From positions 116,375 to 180,374 of the IMG/VR virus record IMGVR_UViG_3300033153_009093: a DNA stretch of 64,000 nt. One strand, written 5' to 3'. This DNA is from a virus. Positions 60,078 through 64,000 of this stretch are shown piece after piece (within the stretch, counting starts at the first letter, position 1; each line of letters opens with the position of its first letter). The position numbers were made by a program, and so were the translations under genes. The notes beneath the pieces were generated by a model. That model worked only from the letters and a program-made list of their open reading frames with translations, did not search any database and was not told the origin of the DNA.

Positions 60078-60404
60078 TTAATATAAACCTTCGCTATATA
60101 AAGTTGATACACTTCCTCCGCATCCTCTATAATCAATTTTTTGGCCTGCTCTTTGTGCTATAATCATAGCTTCTTCTCTTGTTAAAAAGTCGCCAAATTG
60201 ATTTATAAACCCTTGTTCCCAATCTACTCCATAAGGGGTAGGTTCATTCATTTTTTTAAACTGAGACCACATTACGTTATCAAAATGCCTTGCTCCTGCA
60301 ACAATAACAGAATCTTTTTTACAAGCAGCACAGACAACCACTTGTTGAGGCTTTTCAATATTATTATCTTTCCAATAATCAGACATTAAATTTTCTCTAT
60401 TCAA
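60078..60404 (-). CDS. Conserved phage hypothetical protein
   Basis: VVCAA..GARHFD..QGFINQFG.FLTREEA..LYSEGLY. Confidence 0.8.
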   Translation of the reverse strand: MNRENLMSDYWKDNNIEKPQQVVVCAACKKDSVIVAGARHFDNVMWSQFKKMNEPTPYGVDWEQGFINQFGDFLTREEAMIIAQRAGQKIDYRGCGGSVSTLYSEGLY

Positions 60405-60623
60405 TTATATTTTATAATATCCATAAACCGTATCAATGTTCTTTATCACATTACCAAGGTCATCGGTTATAATTCCATTAGAAGTAGACTCCGTGTTTTT
60501 AAATTTATTATCAATAGAAGTTTTATTTTTAAAATAACCTATAACTTCGCAACAGCCACAATTAAGATATATTTTAAATTTTGTACATTTCTTTTTTTTA
60601 TTTTTTCTACTTGTTTTACTCAT
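60405..60623 (-). CDS. Small hypothetical protein
   Basis: 72-aa ORF. Confidence 0.55.
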   Translation of the reverse strand: MSKTSRKNKKKKCTKFKIYLNCGCCEVIGYFKNKTSIDNKFKNTESTSNGIITDDLGNVIKNIDTVYGYYKI

Positions 60624-60841
60624 TCAACCTCAATAAATCCTCTGGGAAAAAATTTCATATCAGCGTGGTTAAATGTATTTTCTGGATATTCCATACAAAA
60701 TTTAGTATTAAAAATTTTAAAAGCTTTTTTTCTACCTTTTTCAGCAGAAGAAGATTCAATTACAGCAACACAATTTTTATCAAAAACTTTATTATTTATT
60801 TTATGAATATGACCTTGTCCAAAAGTAATAAAAGTTTTCAT
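60620..60841 (-). CDS. Conserved small phage protein
   Basis: FITFGQGH.H..GRKKAF..F..KFC.EY. Confidence 0.7.
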   Translation of the reverse strand: MKTFITFGQGHIHKINNKVFDKNCVAVIESSSAEKGRKKAFKIFNTKFCMEYPENTFNHADMKFFPRGFIEVE

Positions 60842-60922
60842 TAATATTCGTCCATTGCTTTGAATAAGATTAAGAGTATCAACAATTTGACTTGTATCAT
60901 TTCTAATGCTTTAATTTTCATA

Positions 60923-61297
60923 TTAATAATTATCTATTATTGTTTTAGGTATAAATTCATCTTTTCTATTTGGCATTTCTTTATGATATAAATTTTCATA
61001 TCCTAAAGAATACATTTTCTCGATACTATCATCGTGAACGATTATCATAGGTATATTTATATTGTGACCACAGCAGGAATTTACTGTAACGATATCCTGT
61101 TGCAATAACCATAATATTTCTTTTGCTATACATACATCTACTGAAAATTGCGCCCTGAATGTATAGCAACTATATTTTATTCCGATCAATTGCTCAGGAG
61201 TATTTATACATATAGTATTTCTATATGTTCCGAAACCTTCTTTTAAAAATGTATTAGGATTACAACAACAGCCGTTAAAGTTTTGTTTTCTTATCAT
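60923..61297 (-). CDS. Hypothetical Cys-rich protein
   Basis: VDVCIAKEI..L..GI.T.NSCCGH-like motif. Confidence 0.7.
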   Translation of the reverse strand: MIRKQNFNGCCCNPNTFLKEGFGTYRNTICINTPEQLIGIKYSCYTFRAQFSVDVCIAKEILWLLQQDIVTVNSCCGHNINIPMIIVHDDSIEKMYSLGYENLYHKEMPNRKDEFIPKTIIDNY

Positions 61298-61298
61298 T

Positions 61299-61574
61299 TT
61301 ATTTAATATAATGAATTTTAGTATAAATTTTAGTAGTTTTATGCCAATTTTTAAATTCTTCTATAATTTTCTTTGCGTCTATCATCGTATTGGTACAAGT
61401 TCCTAGCATATTAAATTCTGTATGTCGAAAAATAGTATCGGCAAATTTTGAATTTGATATGCTATGCCACAATATAAATTCTTGATATTGTGGCTTGAAG
61501 TATGTACTATGTAAATTTTTTATTTCGGTAATTCTAAAATTTACATAATGATCTTTTAAATTAATAAAATTCAT
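61299..61574 (-). CDS. Hypothetical protein
   Basis: 91-aa ORF. Confidence 0.55.
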   Translation of the reverse strand: MNFINLKDHYVNFRITEIKNLHSTYFKPQYQEFILWHSISNSKFADTIFRHTEFNMLGTCTNTMIDAKKIIEEFKNWHKTTKIYTKIHYIK

Positions 61575-61695
61575 TGTCAGTTTCTTTATAATTACAATAA
61601 GGATATTCCATCGACAATCCCATTTAATAAATTTTTATTTTATTATTCATTAAGCTACATGTCTATGCATTTATTCATACCAATTCTTAAATGCC

Positions 61696-61908
61696 TTAAC
61701 AATGCCAATTTTTATATAAGAATTGTGTAAATAATGATGTATAATAAATAGTATACAATGAAAAAGCGTACCAACTTAATAAACACCATATTATTTCATT
61801 TGGTCTTGTATATAAATTATGGCCCTTCCCGACAGCTTTATTAAAATATCTTGTTAAAAGTATGGTAGTAATTACGCCAATAATGTATATAATAAATAGT
61901 GTTATCAT
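61696..61908 (-). CDS. Small membrane protein
   Basis: Two hydrophobic segments. Confidence 0.55.
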   Translation of the reverse strand: MITLFIIYIIGVITTILLTRYFNKAVGKGHNLYTRPNEIIWCLLSWYAFSLYTIYYTSLFTQFLYKNWHC

Positions 61909-61920
61909 TTATCTACTCAG

Positions 61921-62178
61921 TTATTCGTTAATGTTATGGACATTTTCCTGAAATTCCTCCATGGCCTCTTGTACCAATTCATTATGTTCCGGTTTATATT
62001 TTTCACCTTGAATTATTTGACAAGGTTGATGGTAATTTGGATCTTCAATTCTCAAAATATCTTGATTCATTAATTCGATAAGTTTTTGAACCATAAGATC
62101 TTCAATTTTAATTGAAGGGTATAATTGTTGTAAAAATTGTTTACCATATGGATTCCATTGACAGGTTGCAAAATACAT
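61921..62178 (-). CDS. Hypothetical protein
   Basis: 85-aa ORF with AAGGA RBS. Confidence 0.65.
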   Translation of the reverse strand: MYFATCQWNPYGKQFLQQLYPSIKIEDLMVQKLIELMNQDILRIEDPNYHQPCQIIQGEKYKPEHNELVQEAMEEFQENVHNINE

Positions 62179-62190
62179 TATACGTCCTTA

Positions 62191-62382
62191 TTATTTAGTA
62201 ATAAAAGATCGGCAACTAAATGCCGCAATGGTCAATTCTCTTTCGCCTTCTATTGTTGGTAATTTTATCTCAAGTTCCTCCATAGAAGGAAATCCTAAAC
62301 ACTTGGTTGATTTTAAAACTTCGACAGGTAAATAAATAACATCACATTTTTTAACATCTTCTGCGTAAATTCTTCTTGTCAC
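62191..62382 (-). CDS. Small hypothetical protein
   Basis: 63-aa ORF. Confidence 0.55.
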   Translation of the reverse strand: MTRRIYAEDVKKCDVIYLPVEVLKSTKCLGFPSMEELEIKLPTIEGERELTIAAFSCRSFITK

Positions 62383-62394
62383 AATATTACCCTG

Positions 62395-62631
62395 TTATTT
62401 TCGTTTAATCTTGTCAACATTGTACATATTGATAAAAAAGCTTGCCATAATTACAATCAATCCAAATGGTAGCGATTTTACAATGTCGCTCAACCACAAC
62501 TCATCATGATGAGTTTTTACCCATGGTCGCAGTACGAAAAATTGATATGGTAAAATACCAATTAATGACCACCAAAACAAAAACTGTAGAATCTCCATAC
62601 AACCCTCACGAGTAAAAGGATAACAACCCAT
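62395..62631 (-). CDS. Small membrane protein
   Basis: Two hydrophobic segments. Confidence 0.55.
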   Translation of the reverse strand: MGCYPFTREGCMEILQFLFWWSLIGILPYQFFVLRPWVKTHHDELWLSDIVKSLPFGLIVIMASFFINMYNVDKIKRK

Positions 62632-62749
62632 TTCAGCGAAACAGAAAAAGTTACAGCCACTGAATTCAAATGTTAATTACTTATACTATTTTAGAAATTA
62701 TTTTATTTATTATTACTACCACAATTCCAGAAGAATCAATCAATAATAT

Positions 62750-62986
62750 TTAATTTTCATATTGAAAATTTGTAGAAGGATCAAGGCAGTAGTTTATATA
62801 TACTTGCTCTGTTCCACAAATTTCTTTACCTTCTTCGATAATATCCTGTTTACTCATAAGTATGCTAGGAATGGGTTTATCATATTGATAATAGTCATAA
62901 AGAAGATTTAATACATTCCTGCATAATTCTTCTTTTCCTATATACAAACATTCACCTTCTACTCTTACTTCGAAGTTTTTTTTCAC
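62750..62986 (-). CDS. Small hypothetical protein
   Basis: 78-aa ORF. Confidence 0.55.
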   Translation of the reverse strand: MKKNFEVRVEGECLYIGKEELCRNVLNLLYDYYQYDKPIPSILMSKQDIIEEGKEICGTEQVYINYCLDPSTNFQYEN

Positions 62987-63026
62987 AATATTACCTATAA
63001 TGTGGTCAATTTCGGATTTTCTAAAT

Positions 63027-63476
63027 TTAACTATTTTCTATCACTTTTGCCAGCTTTATAATCCTCTCCATGCAAACTTTTTCATGCACCTTTTTGGCAC
63101 ATATATAATTAAGATAGAAACTCTTTTGTTGATTATTTTCAATTTTGTTATATTCGATAATAATATATCCGCCCTTTTTCAAGATAATATTCAACCCATT
63201 TTCTCGTATCTTCAGCCCAATTACTGATAGTCTCTTTATCTCTGGTATTATATCATCGGTCACTCGATAAACTGTATCATTAATTCTCAATTCGCTAAAT
63301 GAGGTAGGTTCTATTGTTTCTGTCGATAATACAAGTCCATGTTCATCCATATACATATCCTTTGCCTTCGAACAATATAAACCTTCGCATACTGAACGGT
63401 TTATATTTCCCAGCTCTACAGTGTTCTCGCAAAACTTACATATAAATTCTTGACTAATTCCAAAATTCATCAACAT
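63027..63476 (-). CDS. Hypothetical protein
   Basis: 149-aa ORF with GAGAG RBS. Confidence 0.65.
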   Translation of the reverse strand: MLMNFGISQEFICKFCENTVELGNINRSVCEGLYCSKAKDMYMDEHGLVLSTETIEPTSFSELRINDTVYRVTDDIIPEIKRLSVIGLKIRENGLNIILKKGGYIIIEYNKIENNQQKSFYLNYICAKKVHEKVCMERIIKLAKVIENS

Positions 63477-63596
63477 TTCTCTCTTATTAAATATTTATAT
63501 TACCAATTAAGAGGGGCGAGGATCGACTTTTCCAATTTGCGACCTATAGCTTCTTTTTGTACTTTCTTAAGTAAATTATTAAAGACCCTTACATTT

Positions 63597-63893
63597 TTAT
63601 TTTGAATGATTAGTATTTGTAATATCAAACTCTTTTACATTAGACATATTTATAATGTTAGATATAGTATTATGATCATATTGATTATGGTAATAAATAT
63701 CATATAATGTATACACTAATTCATTTTTACTGTCAATAAAAAATGAAACTACTAAAACATCATTATAAAATAAATTAACAGACTTTAAATGTTCATGGTT
63801 TATTTTATAAGTCCATTTTTTATCAAGATATTCATTAGCATTAGTAATAACTATTTTCACAGTTTCTATTAACACCAATAATTTACAATCCAT
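63597..63893 (-). CDS. Hypothetical protein
   Basis: 98-aa ORF. Confidence 0.6.
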   Translation of the reverse strand: MDCKLLVLIETVKIVITNANEYLDKKWTYKINHEHLKSVNLFYNDVLVVSFFIDSKNELVYTLYDIYYHNQYDHNTISNIINMSNVKEFDITNTNHSK

Positions 63894-64000
63894 TATACCC
63901 CCGCCCCCTCAACGTTAAACATTTCTAAAATCCATCTCCACTAAATAATAACATATATAAAAATTAAATCAACATTTATTTTAATATTAACCCCTCCTTT

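Noticed and set aside
2424-63227. About 23 short track ORFs antisense to or nested in real genes (e.g. 2424-2726, 4612-4905, 10100-10282, 20273-20548, 29455-29805, 37680-37895, 51312-51512, 55906-56196, 63000-63227)
   Set aside because: They are shadows of well-supported genes or of the tmRNA, with F/I/L/S-rich composition typical of reverse frames and no motifs
63500-63590. GC-rich patch resembling a tRNA 3' half
   Set aside because: No cloverleaf or GTTC loop; reads better as a short degenerate minus-strand ORF (RVFNNLLKKVQKEAIGRKLEKSILAPLNW)
1-64000. Suppressor tRNA-CUA, other tRNAs, release factor genes
   Set aside because: The only T-arm/CCA structure I found belongs to the tmRNA. None is visible in this window; they may lie elsewhere in the genome.

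Overview
Very AT-rich segment (roughly 22-25% GC by eye) of a large, distantly T4-like phage genome. It carries a gp20-like portal, rIIA/rIIB, UvsX/RecA, a gp46/gp47-like nuclease pair, primase, SSB, class II RNR, dUTPase, ThyX, a tmRNA, bS21, a ClpP-like protease, ADP-heptose/GT9 genes and a long tail of small accessory genes. The supplied ORF track is misleading because TAG is not a stop codon here. By hand translation, 18 genes contain 41 in-frame TAGs and, apart from two single frameshifts, no internal TAA/TGA, and reading through them restores tightly packed, recognisable proteins. Essentially no gene needs TAG as its terminator. The most informative TAGs sit at positions where the protein family has a conserved Trp: 4-5 sites in a DUF5662-like protein, the RVWYVD site of the T4-type portal, and an EGWMKSTKA motif. 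This points to UAG=Trp rather than the UAG=Gln of known code-15 phages. The same window encodes a divergent, Trp-free, TAG-free tryptophanyl-tRNA synthetase with an Fe-S-type cysteine motif. A few TAGs fit Gln better, so ambiguous decoding is not excluded. No suppressor tRNA or release factor is visible in this window. TAGs concentrate in virion, lysis-like and sigma-factor genes and are absent from core replication and nucleotide genes. A TAG-recoded TnpB with a broken RuvC triad and a possible RNA downstream is a second notable element. All family assignments come from motif recognition and memory, not database searches.
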